Source: the human T2T-CHM13v2.0 reference genome, Homo sapiens. From it: a stretch of DNA of 64,000 nucleotides. Every line of letters begins with the position of its first letter. The stretch's first letter is position 1. Made by a program: the position numbers and the translations under genes. Positions 29,300 to 43,340 of the stretch are shown one piece after another. The notes under the pieces are model-generated. The model was not told where the DNA came from and did no database searches. It was given only the letters and a program-made list of their open reading frames with translations. Where the stretch lies: the NCBI RefSeq assembly GCF_009914755.1, contig NC_060932.1. One strand, 5' to 3'.

Positions 29300-29610
29300 G
29301 TTTTGTTTGTTTGTTTGTTTGTTTGTTTTTTGAGACAGAGTCTCCCTCTGTTGCCCAGGCTGGAGTGCAGTGGCGCAATCTTGGCTCACTGCAACCTTCG
29401 CCTCCTGGGTTCAAGTGATTCTCCTGCCTCAGCCCCGAGTAGTTGGGGTTACAGGCCTGTGCCACCACACCTGACTATTTTTGTAGTGTTAGTAGAGATG
29501 GGGTTTTGCCATGTTGGCCAGGCTGGTCTCAAACTCCTGACCTCAAGTGATCCACCCTCCTCAGCCTCCTAAAGTTCTGGGATTACAGGCATGATCCACT
29601 GCGCCCAGCC
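29300..29610 (-). mobile_element. AluS
   Basis: (TTTG)n tail; TSD cattgaag. Confidence 0.92.
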
Positions 29611-29784
29611 CATTGAAGATTTTTGAACAAGAAAGTGACGTGGCTGGACTCTGGCAGCATGTGGATCGGAGGGAAGCAAGAGGGAAGCAATTCAATAGGG
29701 AATAAGGGAGGGCAGAGGACAGGGCATGAACCACGAGGCAGCTGGGTGAGAGCATCCTCTTGGGAGGATGGCAAGGGCTTGCCG

Positions 29785-30205
29785 TATCTTGCCCTATGCA
29801 TCTCTTCCATCTGGTGCTTCCTGAGCTGTGTGTGCTTTATCATAAAGCTATACATGTTAAGTAAACCATTGCCCTGAATCTTGGGAGTCATTCCAGCACA
29901 TTGAACCTGAAGAAGGGTTGTGGGAACCCCGATTTATAGCTGGTCAGTCAGAAGTACGAGTCATGTGAGACTTTCAACTTGGATCTGAAGTAGGGGCAGT
30001 CATGTGGGACTGACTCTTAACTTGTGGGATCTGATACCAACTCCAGGTCAATAGCCTCAGAATTGAATTGAATTGAATTAGAGGACACCCAGCTGGTGCC
30101 TGCTGAAGATTTGCTTGGTTTGGGTTTGGGGGGGCATTCCTCACACATCTGGTATCAGGAGTGTGCTGTGTGAGTATAGTGCAGAGAAGCAGTGTTTTCC
30201 CAGAG
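29785..30205. mobile_element. MER21-family LTR fragment
   Basis: cttgccctatgcatctcttccatctgg...gtgggaaccccgatttatagc...gaattgaattagaggacacccagctgg. Confidence 0.7.
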
Positions 30206-30231
30206 GCATTTTGATTTGGTCCAGTAGGGTT

Positions 30232-30816
30232 TGTAGGGGCCAAGGGAAAGCATCCCCTTTGCCCTCTGAAGATTCACTGAAAAATCAACTCTCAAAAGCA
30301 GATTAATAAAAGAAAAGACGTACAAATTTATTAATGTGCACAGGAGTTTTACAAAGATCTCAAAGAAATAGCTAGATGGTTGATGCTTTTGTAGCATTTG
30401 AGGTTACAGAAACAGTGGGGGCTCCGAGCATGGCCAAAAAACAGGCTATGGCGGTAAATCAGGTGGCAGTAGGTAACAAGAGGGAGAGAAGAGGTGGCTT
30501 GGCTAGCACGGGTAGTCTTGTGTAGATGAAACCTCACAGATAGCAGCCCTTCAAAAGTGTAGATGCTAAGTGTTTCTTTCAGACCTTTAAAGGCGTCTGA
30601 CTCTCAGTTCTTTCTAGATTGGGACAAGGAGGGAGTTGCTTCAGAGAAAGTCTATTTGCATCTGTTGTTTACTTCACGTTGTCTCCTCTACAGATGCAAA
30701 TTCCTCCTACAAAAGACAGTTTCTCCGTTATTCTTGCATTTCCAGTCCTTCTGAACAGTCCTCTTGAAATATGTCAAAGAAGTATATTTCAGGATGAAAT
30801 ATTTTGGTTTCTTTCA
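30232..30816 (-). mobile_element. MER39/MER34-group ERV1 solo LTR
   Basis: The - strand begins TGAAAGAAACCAAAATATTTCATCCTGAAATATACTTCTTTGACATATTT and ends ...CCCCTACA. Confidence 0.65.
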
Positions 30817-31279
30817 GGCAGAAAGAGTCCAGTTCATTGATCAGCCATTTCTCAAACTCCTGGGCTTAAATGATCCTCCTGCCCATAGTGCTGGGATTAC
30901 AGGTGTGAGCCACTGCACCCAGCCACCTGATCAGCCATTTCTTAACAGGCTGTTCAGCCCTCTCCTCTTTTCCCCTGCCCTTGTGACTTGGGGCAATTTT
31001 TTCCTAAACACAGACGTGTTTTGTCATGTTCCTGAAATTAAAAAGCAGGAGGCCAAAGGGATGTTTATTACTGAACTGCCACAGAACTAGGAGATGTAGA
31101 ATCTCAATTAGCAGATCCCTTTCCCATGATCACAGAGCCTGCAGGCGTCTTGAATTTTGCACATTGAAACAATCCTCAGACTGAAATTGTCATCTGAGAG
31201 GCCTTATGTCATATATTCTCTGCCTATTGCAGTCTCATGGAGTATCAGAATTGTCAGTACAGAATCAAGTTTCTCTCTC

Positions 31280-31570
31280 TTTTTTTTTTTTTTTTGAGAC
31301 AGGGTCTTGCTGTATCTCCCAGGCTGTAGTGCAGTGGTGCAATCTCCGCTCACTGCAGCCTCAACGTCCCCTGGCTCCCATCTCAGCCTCTGGAGTAGCT
31401 GGGACTACAGGCACACATCACTATGCCTAGCTAATTTTTTTGTATTTTTTAGATACGGGATTTTGCCATGTTGCCCAGGCTGGTCTCAAACTCCTGGGCT
31501 CAAACGATCTTTCTGCCTTGGCCTCCCAAAGTGCTGGGATTACAGGCATGAGCCCCACTGCGTCTGGCCC
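31280..31570 (-). mobile_element. AluJ-like
   Basis: Alu consensus; TSD ~caagttt. Confidence 0.9.
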
Positions 31571-33153
31571 CAAGTTTTTCTCTTCTGATTATTCTTGCAG
31601 TGCCAAAACAGAGCCTGGCCAAAATGTAGAACCCTAAATTCTGGTTGAGTGACCTGTGTTTCTGCATGCCAGGATTGTTGTGAACTCTCTTGCCCCTTTT
31701 CACCTCTTCTCTAGTTCCAGGAAACCAGATGAGATTTACCTTCCTCCATTTTAGGTATTATATTAACATTTTTAAAGGAAAGCTCGTCTGTGCTTAGAGC
31801 CAAAAGACATCAATGGCCAAATATCTGAAACAGAGAAAATGGGTCATGTGAGTTTTCTTGCCTTTGAACTTTCTTTGCGTGGTGACTTTGTGAGCCACCT
31901 TCCTCTCTAGACTGTGTGGTTTGAGATTTCCAGATGAGGTCAGATCACTGATTAAACTCGCGTGCAGCATTCGGCTTTGCTGGACCACGTGGTGCAGTCT
32001 TGCTGACCCTTTGGGCTTTGCCAGCAGAACCCGCACCATGTGCCCTGGGCCACGTGCATCTTCCCATGCCATGGGATGATGGGCTCGTGCCCACTGTGCA
32101 TAACCGTGGAAGCCGAAGGTTGAGGCTTTTGAATGCCTGTTCTGTTTCTCTGACTCACTGTGGACATGACATAGCTTTCTCTCTAGTGATACCATATCCA
32201 AGGGGGGATAAGTGCACCCATGTTTTCACCTCTCATTTGATAGTGGGAGAGAACCAGCCCCTGGCTGTCTTATACCAGCGAAACCAGTTTTAATGAAGAG
32301 GGATTCTAGGAAAAGCGTCTTTTTCCTAGGTCTTTTCCAGAATCTGTGTTATTTCGGTAATAATCAGGACAGAGTGCTTTGCATTTCCCCAGTTTTGTCC
32401 CATACATGATTTCATTTTATCCTAAGCGATCCCGTGAAGTAGGAGTTTGAGGTAGTATCAATCCTGTTTTGCAGATAAAGAGACCAAGATTCAGAGACTT
32501 GGAATGGGTTGCTTAATGAACGCAGCTAGTGAATGTAAACTTGGGAATTGAATCTGGGTTTTTTTTTTCGGTCTCCTAATAGTGTTCTTTTTTTCCTTTA
32601 ACACTATTAAGCCACTCCCAGGCCTTTCAGTGTTAAGTTGTGGGATTCTCCCATTAAAATGTTACTCCTGTTACTGGACAGTCCAAACATATGTATTACT
32701 TAAGCTCTTTGTCTCCTTTAAAATGAAAATTGCTGCTTTCTTGGAGTAATTTGGTGGCAGGCAGTAGTTTACAGGATACCTGGCTTCGCTGTTTTGAGTA
32801 GCTGCCGTGCGGCAGTGCAGGAGGAATCGTGAGGTCTGTGCTGTCAGCAAGTGAGCTCCCTACAGCCCGGAGACAGAGAGACGTAGGCAGTGAGGAACTA
32901 GGCCTGAGGAACTCGCCCCAGCTTCTTGAAGTTCCCAGTGTTTTGCTATAGGTGACTTAACTCTTGGTCCCAGTTGTCAAGGAAGGGGCTGCTCTGGGGA
33001 GAGGTGGCTTGAGTTTCCTTCTAGACTATGTGCTTCTTGGCTACGGTCTTAGGTGACTGGGACTGAGGCTTTCACAGAATAGAGATGGAGGTGTTCACTG
33101 ATTGAAAACAGGTCTCATTCTTGCTCTTGTATCTTGCTTCCTTCCCCTCCCAG

Positions 33154-33223
33154 TGGGCTACCTTGAGAATGGAGCGAGGAGCCAAGGAGAAGAACCACCA
33201 GCTTTACAAGCCCTACACCAACG
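33154..33223 (+). CDS. GPAT4: GPAT4 exon 3
   Basis: cccag|TGG...; WATLRMERGAKEKNHQLYKPYTN; ACG|gtaaga; 70 nt. Confidence 0.96.
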
Positions 33224-33392
33224 GTAAGATGGGGGTGTGATCCTTGTCCTGAGAGGTCCATTTGAACAGTGTTCCCCAGTGCTTCTGGTGCCACACACGC
33301 TCTTCCCTGCATTAGTGCAGGATGTGTGCTCTGAGTATGTCTCACGTGCTCTCCCCCAGCGTGCTGCTTGACAGGGACACATTCTTTTGCAG

Positions 33393-33693
33393 GAATCATT
33401 GCAAAGGATCCCACTTCACTAGAAGAAGAGATCAAAGAGATTCGTCGAAGTGGTAGTAGTAAGGCTCTGGACAACACTCCAGAGTTCGAGCTCTCTGACA
33501 TTTTCTACTTTTGCCGGAAAGGAATGGAGACCATTATGGATGATGAGGTGACAAAGAGATTCTCAGCAGAAGAACTGGAGTCCTGGAACCTGCTGAGCAG
33601 AACCAATTATAACTTCCAGTACATCAGCCTTCGGCTCACGGTCCTGTGGGGGTTAGGAGTGCTGATTCGGTACTGCTTTCTGCTGCCGCTCAG
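33393..33693 (+). CDS. GPAT4: GPAT4 exon 4
   Basis: ttttgcag|GA...; GIIAKDPTSLEEE...YCFLLPLR; CAG|gtgagg; 301 nt. Confidence 0.97.
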
Positions 33694-34473
33694 GTGAGGC
33701 AGGGCCTGCGGGAGTGGGGCTCGCTGCTGCCACCCCACGTGGTGCACAGCCCACCTGCCTGCTCTGCTGTGTATTCCCGTTTTAGAAAGGAGGAGGGAAT
33801 GACTGTCGTTAGCCAGGCCACGTGACTCTTTGGAGGGATACACTGGTGATTCTCCTTTAGAGGCCCTTGGATTCTCTGCATATCAGACAGAAATAGTTGG
33901 ATTTCTTAAAGACAGCTTGCTTCTCTAGATGACAGCAAACACAGGGACAGGGAACATTGTGTGCTTTCTGCCACTCCTTCCTGGACATGGCTCATTCTTT
34001 CCTGAAGCTTGCCTCTCAGGTACAGGGGCAGTATTGATCTTTCAGCTTCTCTGCACCATGTGCTGCTCTGAGTGTGCCTTGCCAGATGCTAATACCTTCA
34101 AGCTCCACCTCCTGTTGCTTCAGAGGGAAGCTGTGCTTCCACCGGGGTTTCCAGCCAAAGGGAAGGGGAGGGCAGCAGGGAGCAGCCCTGTGGCAGAATG
34201 GCCAGCTTAGGGTTTTCCAGCCTTCCAGCTGCCTGAGGCCTCAGGAGATGCAGGCAGCTGAGAGCCAGACCCATGGCTCACTGTCAGCTGGAATCAAAAG
34301 GATCTCTGGTTCTGATAGGCCTGCTTACATTTCTAGGTGAACTCTGGTCCAGGTCCCAGGTGAGCAGGTCTTGGGGGTGGTTTTTGTGATGCCCCCTTTG
34401 ATTTTCACACCTTCAGTTCTGTACTTGGTAGAATGATTTGCTGGCTGTGCTCTAACTTTTCTTCTTCTTACAG

Positions 34474-34980
<507 letters not shown>

Positions 34981-35641
34981 CAATGGCAACAACGGCATCA
35001 GCAGTAAAGTCTTTACTTTTTTTAAATTATGATCTATGACTGTTCTTTTTGTCCTTCAGCCCTCACATTCTTCCCATTTTGAAGACAAAAGGGAGGAGCC
35101 ACAGACATGTAGAGTCCGAGACTCAGATGTTAACAGATTTTACAGCTTGTTGTTTAGTTTTGAGCATTTGACTGTGTGGATAAAGTGATGAGACAATACA
35201 GTTTTTAAAATGGTTTGAAATGTAGGGAGGTTTTGTCTGTTTGTGTGAAGAATATTTTGCTCCCTTTGGGAAGTTCTGGGGTTTAGAAACCTTTCTTCTG
35301 CCTGGGCGGGTGAGGAGGTTGGCCTCTGGCCTTGGACCTGCCTCTGGATGTTGACTGGGGGAACGGAGTTCAGCCCGCCTGTGGTCTGCGGATGCCGGAT
35401 TCTAGGCTGTGAATTCTCCACCCACTGATTTGGGTGGATGTAAGTGAGTCTCCCTGTCCCCTCTTTCTCTCCTCATGTGTGAACATAAAGGTGCTCATGC
35501 ATCACAGGACTTTCCTGTAGGTGCTGATGTCTATACAAGCACTTTGCTGTTATAAAGGACTGCTGAGCTGTTGAAGTCAGTAACTCTTTCTGTCTTCCTG
35601 TATGTAAAATAAAACCCAGAATCCTTGTCCTGTTATTGCAG

Positions 35642-35731
35642 GTTTAAGGAGTTCATGAGTAAACATGTTCACTTAATGTGTTACCGGATCTGCGTGCGAG
35701 CGCTGACAGCCATCATCACCTACCATGACAG
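35642..35731 (+). CDS. GPAT4: GPAT4 exon 6
   Basis: ttgcag|G; FKEFMSKHVHLMCYRICVRALTAIITYHD; CAG|gtgaga; 90 nt. Confidence 0.96.
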
Positions 35732-35918
35732 GTGAGAGCGCTTTGTATTGATAGGAAGGGAGATGGCGCTGCAGGAAACACCACCCACCTATACTTAGCC
35801 AAATGGGAAGACACTTCTGAGCTTTTAGTTAGAGCAGATGAAGCATGTGAGGTGAGAGGTGTGTTACATGAACTGTTTCACACTAATTTTGGTTGCTTTG
35901 CATACATTTTAAACCCAG

Positions 35919-36012
35919 GGAAAACAGACCAAGAAATGGTGGCATCTGTGTGGCCAATCATACCTCACCGATCGATGTGATCATCTTGGCCAGCGATGGC
36001 TATTATGCCATG
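35919..36012 (+). CDS. GPAT4: GPAT4 exon 7 (catalytic HX4D motif I)
   Basis: cccag|G; ENRPRNGGICVANHTSPIDVIILASDGYYAM; ATG|gtaaga; 94 nt. Confidence 0.97.
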
Positions 36013-36583
36013 GTAAGAGCTCTTTCCGGTGCGTTCTTGAGGCAAGACTTCCTGCTTTAGAGTGGTCAGGGCTAGGAGGCTCCTGGACCCTTCACATAAA
36101 CACATTTATGCGTGGGCCAGGCCCCCACCTTACTGTCACTGTGGGGGCTCTGTGGGACTGTGATAGGAGATACCCTGGGCAGAGTGATTGGTGAGTGTGG
36201 CTGGAGAGGATGCCAAGGGCAGTCAGGCAGACCAGCAGGGGCAGAGGGAGTTGCTGGCAAGGACTGTGTCCAGGGCATCTGAGAATCTGCCCAGGGAGGG
36301 GCAGTTTTACACAGGGAATTGCGCTACTTTAGTATTTTAGTATTTTGTCTTAGGGGTTTCAGTTATGTTTTTAATTACCTATTTCTAGTATTACTGATTA
36401 AAAGGAGAAGTTTAAGATTTGGGGAGTCTTGGTAGTGGTTTCTTGGCAGTGAGCAACCTTCAGCCGGCAAGCGTTAGAAGTGAGAAGTTGGACTGCTTAT
36501 TTTGTGAGATGTGGTTCTTCCTAGAGTGGGGAGATTCGTGTGAAGATGGCTTCACTACTAATGAGTCCTGTGCCTGCGCTTAG

Positions 36584-36699
36584 GTGGGTCAAGTGCACGG
36601 GGGACTCATGGGTGTGATTCAGAGAGCCATGGTGAAGGCCTGCCCACACGTCTGGTTTGAGCGCTCGGAAGTGAAGGATCGCCACCTGGTGGCTAAGAG
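36584..36699 (+). CDS. GPAT4: GPAT4 exon 8 (motif II)
   Basis: cttag|GTG; VGQVHGGLMGVIQRAMVKACPHVWFERSEVKDRHLVAK; GAG|gtaatg; 116 nt. Confidence 0.96.
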
Positions 36700-36798
36700 G
36701 TAATGGACAGAACACTGCTGTTCTGCTTGGCCAGTTAGAATGCTGAAAAGGTTTCAGGGTAGTTATCCCTCCACAGTGCAGTTACGTGCCTTCTATCA

Positions 36799-37686
<888 letters not shown>

Positions 37687-38124
37687 TTATCTTCCATAGA
37701 GACAGATGAACTCTCCCCTAACTCCCTTTGCTACATCTCAGGGACAGAGCATTGAGCCAGCAGGGCTGGGCCCAGCCTCACAACTGTTACATAGTCTAGT
37801 GACACAGGTTTATTGAGGGGGCCATGCCCAGGCCTTGTGGCAGGTGTCTCTTTCAGGTGGCCCCCAGGTTGAGTGGCATCATTGGTGCTCCGATGTTCGC
37901 ACAGAATTGAACAGTTCTGTGAATTAAATGGTAACCTGATTTTTCTCTATCCATATACATTTTTTCTTGATGAGCATTAGATTATGGGTTTAAAAGGATA
38001 CAGTTATGCTTGTTAACTTTTTATAATCGAAACTAGTGTCACAAATAAATAGGTTATTTATAAACATATTTTGACGATGTGTATAAGGTTGTCTGACCCT
38101 TTATTTTATTTTCTTCTTTGAAAG

Positions 38125-38180
38125 ACTGACTGAACATGTGCAAGATAAAAGCAAGCTGCCTATCCTCATCTTCCCAGAAG
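38125..38180 (+). CDS. GPAT4: GPAT4 exon 9
   Basis: ttctttgaaag|A (AAG acceptor); LTEHVQDKSKLPILIFPE; AAG|gtaaga; 56 nt. Confidence 0.95.
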
Positions 38181-38701
38181 GTAAGAAGGGGTTGGTTGCC
38201 ACGAAGGGCTTCTGTGGGGAGTGCAGGAGTGTGATGCTGATGTTTCCTGGGAACCAAGGCCCTCAGCCCTTGTTGGGGTTATCTGTTTTCACTGAATAAT
38301 GTTAGGTCCCCTTTAGGTTGGAAGTAGGACTAAAAACTCAGGTAAGTTCAGAATTTGAACTAAGAATGCCATAGTGTGAACTCCCCAAATGCAGGAATTT
38401 CTTCTGTAATGTTTCAGCTCCTCACAGAGCTCATGGTGTCCTCCTAAGGCCACTGCGCGTCTCTGCTTTATCTAGGCTGTGTGTATGAATCAGGGAAAGT
38501 GGTCCTGTAGAAAGAGAATCGGAGGCACCATCTTGCCTGTCTCTGTTAAGTGTTTGTTTTTAAGTTAGGGAGATGACAGATGTATCTTACTGGAAGAACC
38601 ATTAGAAGAATTTTGACTATTATACTTAGTCTTTAAGAAACGCCTAATATCTGGGGTAAAGGGCCAACAGAAATAGCATTTTATTGTCTCCTGCATTTTA
38701 G

Positions 38702-38787
38702 GAACCTGCATCAATAATACATCGGTGATGATGTTCAAAAAGGGAAGTTTTGAAATTGGAGCCACAGTTTACCCTGTTGCTATCAAG
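38702..38787 (+). CDS. GPAT4: GPAT4 exon 10 (completes FPEGT, motif IV)
   Basis: ttttag|GA; GTCINNTSVMMFKKGSFEIGATVYPVAIK; AAG|gtataa; 86 nt. Confidence 0.96.
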
Positions 38788-40044
38788 GTATAAGACCTCC
38801 GATGGTACACACTGTCATTACTGGAGCTGCTGTGAGTGGGGTGCAGCAGGAGGAGGTAGAGGAAGGAGCTGGGGTCACCAGTCTGTGGTCGATGCCCTCA
38901 GCAGAGTGGCGTGGGGCTGGGTTGACGTGGGTCAAGTGCTGCCGGAGGAGGATGGTGAGTGCTCAGCACCCCTTAGAAGGGCCTGGGGAGTGTGGAATGG
39001 GGGACAGCCAGATTCCCGCCTGCATGCTGCTGCCGCCACCATTCGGGAAATGGCAAGCCCTTCATTTATTACCTTGCTTCATAAACCTAGCTGGAATGTA
39101 GGCCCCTCCACATGGAAAGCTGGCTGATTGCAGGGCACAGTGGTGTGGTTTTAAGCTGGATTTTTGCATTTTGGGGGAGCCATGAGGATGGGGGGGGGGT
39201 CATTACTCCAGCCCAGTGGGAGAAACAGCTTCACTGCTTTTAGTTGTGTCATCTTTTAGACCTACAACAGCTCCTAACAATGAGATGGACCCTGGGAGTT
39301 TATCTAGTCTACGTCGACCCTTTAGGAACTGCTCCTCTAACCCTTCAGACACCCAGAGCTATAGGATGTGATTAGCTAGTCATCTGCACATTGTTCCTCC
39401 CCGCTCTTACCCTCTTCACATCCACCAGGCCTCACATCATGACACCTACAAAACACAGGCCATCCTCAGTGTGGTTAAAGTATTTAGGCTGCAGCCTGAG
39501 AGCTCGATAAAATGGTGAGCAGATATGAGTCAGGCTCACACTTAGAATTTCTTTTGTAGGGGACTGGGTTGTCTGCAGAGCATTCTGTAGAGTTGGTTCT
39601 GACTTTCTTTTCACCTTGCCAGTGCCACTGGAGAGATGTTGCTCCTGGTGAGGCCGATGCTCACCAGCCACTCACTGTTTATCATTTAGGCAGAGGACCA
39701 GGCCAGGGATGGCAGATGAATATTGCCTGCAGGGGACTCTGATTGACAGGCTAGGACTCACCAGAGCCTGAGGATGCTGTGTCTGGAAACAGCAGGAAAG
39801 AGGAACATAGTCTGTTAGCAGAGTCTGCCTTGGGTGTGGGAGTGGGGACTGGCATCTGCATCCTGCATTCTGGCAAAACGAGGACAGGTGCTTTGCAGTG
39901 TGACCGTGATGCTGGATGGAAGCCCTTACTGCTGCCTCCAGAACAGCAGCTCTTGAACTTAGGCTGCATCAGCATTGCCTGCAGGGATTGTTTAAATGCA
40001 GATTGCTGGGCCCCACACCCAGGGTTTCTGAACTTCCTATTCTT

Positions 40045-40348
<304 letters not shown>

Positions 40349-40816
40349 TAACATGTTCTGGGTGGCATTGATGGTGCCAGTTGGGACCACACTGTGGCGG
40401 CCACAGTTCTGAAGCAGTGGCTCTTAGCTGCTGTCAGAACACGAACCCTGAGGAGTTTCCGCTCCTCTCCAAAGTAAAATGCTTATAAATTTTAGATACA
40501 TTTCCATTCAGTCCACAGAGTAGAGCCCATGTATGGCTAAGAACATCTGGTCTACAGATTACTGGTTTTTGTGAACTCTTTATTGGTAATCAAACTTGGA
40601 TAACCTTAGCGATTTCAAGGCTCTTCTTATATTTCCACCGGAATCCAGCCATGACCTGATGTGAGGAGTGTGTCGCTGTGTTGAGCTTCTGCCTTTTTTC
40701 TCTGTCCACACACACTGCCCAGTGTGGAATAGAGAATCAGCCCGAAACAAAGGGTTCTCACACTCTGGTGACATCAGAATTTCTGTCCATATCAGGCTTT
40801 ATAAAATACAACGACA

Positions 40817-41135
<319 letters not shown>

Positions 41136-42421
41136 AAAAAAATACTTTCTGATCATACACATTGCTTAGTTTTAAAAACTTATTATTTTCCCTTGTTTCT
41201 GTTGGTATTATAATAACACATTAAGTCTTCTGTAGTTAAATCTAATTTTCTTAGCTTCTATAATTAAGCCTAAGTTATCTTCATTTTTGTAGTTAGGGCC
41301 ACAGTCTTGTCAAAATTGTCCAGTTTTTATACTGTGGATCATAAAACTTAGGCTGGAAAGGCCTATAAGATCATAGAGTTCAACCCTAGCCCATCCCACA
41401 TGCAGGACCCTGCCCTGGGCTCCTTCTCAGGCTTTCCCAGGGAAAGGGCATTTTTGATGTTGTTGGCAGCATGGCCGTGTGGCATAACTCTTGAAATTCT
41501 GGCTCCTTTATTTTTCCACTCTGGTCCTGGGTGTTTGCACAAGGTCAGCCTACTGCCTTGTGTACAGGATCCCTTCAGACATTCGCTGGCAGCACCAGGC
41601 ACTTTGTCCAGGCATTCTCAAGCACCCAGGTCCTCCTGTTGCTCCTTGCGCAACTTCCTCTAGAGCTTACCTACCCTGCTCACCTGCCCCTCCAGCTACT
41701 TGTTTGGTGAGAATGTGGGTCACAGCTGCAGCTACATTTTCTGCAAAATGCCAATGAAATAATGAAAGGATCTGATACCTGCTTCATGGTAGATGCAGGC
41801 CTGTGTGGTTGAGACCTCCCAAGGCTGTCAGCGTGAGCACAGAGCCGCCTCCTGAACAGACGACTGACTTTGTTGGAAGTGTAAATGTAGAAGCTTTCTA
41901 ATAGTTCCCTCCCTGGTCTGGGCACCAGAAATCATATTTAAAAGTTGGTGTTTGTGTAAGAAAATATCTTTATTTGGGGGAGGTACACTAGATGAATGAC
42001 AGGATGCTGAGAGGGGACAGGTGGAGCAAGTGGGAAACGTTGGCGGTGGTTGAATCAGGGAATGGGTACATGGGAGTGCATGATCCTTTTCTCCCTGGTT
42101 TTGGAGATGTTTGAAAACTTTATATACCTATGAGTAAGACCTGAAACTAATCAAGGAGGGAAGACATTTGCTTGAGGCAGGCTGTCAGGGGAGCCTTCCT
42201 TACTGATCTGTAGCAGAGGCCGGGTTCCTCGGGGGAGATCAGTGTTGCTCACAGTCAGAACCGGCCACATGGAGAGGGGCTTCCACAGTACTCATGCAAG
42301 GTCAGGGAGCAGCACCCCAGTACCAGCACGGCCCAGTGGAGTCACTCACAGCAGTCACTGTGGACTCGCAAACGTTGTGAGAACTACTCATGTCTTACCT
42401 CCAGCTTTCCATTGTTTTCAG

Positions 42422-42550
42422 TATGACCCTCAATTTGGCGATGCCTTCTGGAACAGCAGCAAATACGGGATGGTGACGTACCTGCTGCGAATGATGACCA
42501 GCTGGGCCATTGTCTGCAGCGTGTGGTACCTGCCTCCCATGACTAGAGAG
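42422..42550 (+). CDS. GPAT4: GPAT4 exon 11
   Basis: ttttcag|TAT; YDPQFGDAFWNSSKYG...LPPMTRE; GAG|gtgagt; 129 nt. Confidence 0.97.
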
Positions 42551-42635
42551 GTGAGTGCCTGCCCCAGGCAGGTCTGCGCCTGCTCTGTGTAACGTCAAGC
42601 CGGGGCTGAGTGGTCTCATTTGTTCTTTCTTACAG

Positions 42636-42715
42636 GCAGATGAAGATGCTGTCCAGTTTGCGAATAGGGTGAAATCTGCCATTGCCAGGCAGGGAGGACT
42701 TGTGGACCTGCTGTG
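42636..42715 (+). CDS. GPAT4: GPAT4 exon 12
   Basis: ttacag|GCA; ADEDAVQFANRVKSAIARQGGLVDLL; TG|gtaagt; 80 nt. The preceding intron is only 85 nt. Confidence 0.96.
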
Positions 42716-43134
42716 GTAAGTTTAGAGCCAGGCCTTTTCAGCTGAGTTTCTGCAGCAGATGCTGTGTCATTGACTTCACTTACATGTCATTCCCCGTGGT
42801 GTGGAGAATTAAACTTGTCAGCTCTAGAGAGAGCAGTTTGACTCTCCCCGAATTCCAACCCAGAAGTGCCCTGTGCTTCCTTGACCTTGGGGAACCTGGA
42901 TCAGGGATGCCTGGACTGAGGCAGTTGATTCTGTGTACCTTTCTGGGGTTTGAACCAGTCTTCCAGGACACCTGGACAGTGCCCATCTCTGGGTGGGCAT
43001 GACCTGCTACTGATCTGAAAACTTCAAGAAGGAAGGAGGACTTTCCCAGGTCCCAGTGTATCTGGCAAAATTGAACCATTCTTAGAAAGGTAAAGGTTGT
43101 GTTTGGTGTATTCAGCTTGTTACCTAATAGAGCA

Positions 43135-43340
43135 GGATTGACATACTTTTTCTGTAGTCAGTAAATATTTTAGGATTTGCAGGCCATATGGTGTCTGTTG
43201 CAGCTACTGATGATCTCTGCCATTGTAGTGTGAAAACAGACAGTCTATAAACCAATGAGCATGGCTGTGTTCCAATAAAACTTTATTTACAAAAACAGGT
43301 ATCAGCTGGATGTGGCCCGTGGGCTGCATTTGACCAGCCC
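43135..43340. mobile_element. MER58A hAT fossil
   Basis: gtaaatattttagg...gagcatggctgtgttccaataaaactttatttacaaaaacagg. Confidence 0.75.

Noticed and set aside
42636-42639. Second AG 4 nt into exon 12 (cag|gcag)
   Set aside because: Use would frameshift, and the upstream CAG gives the intact 456-aa frame. No evidence of function.
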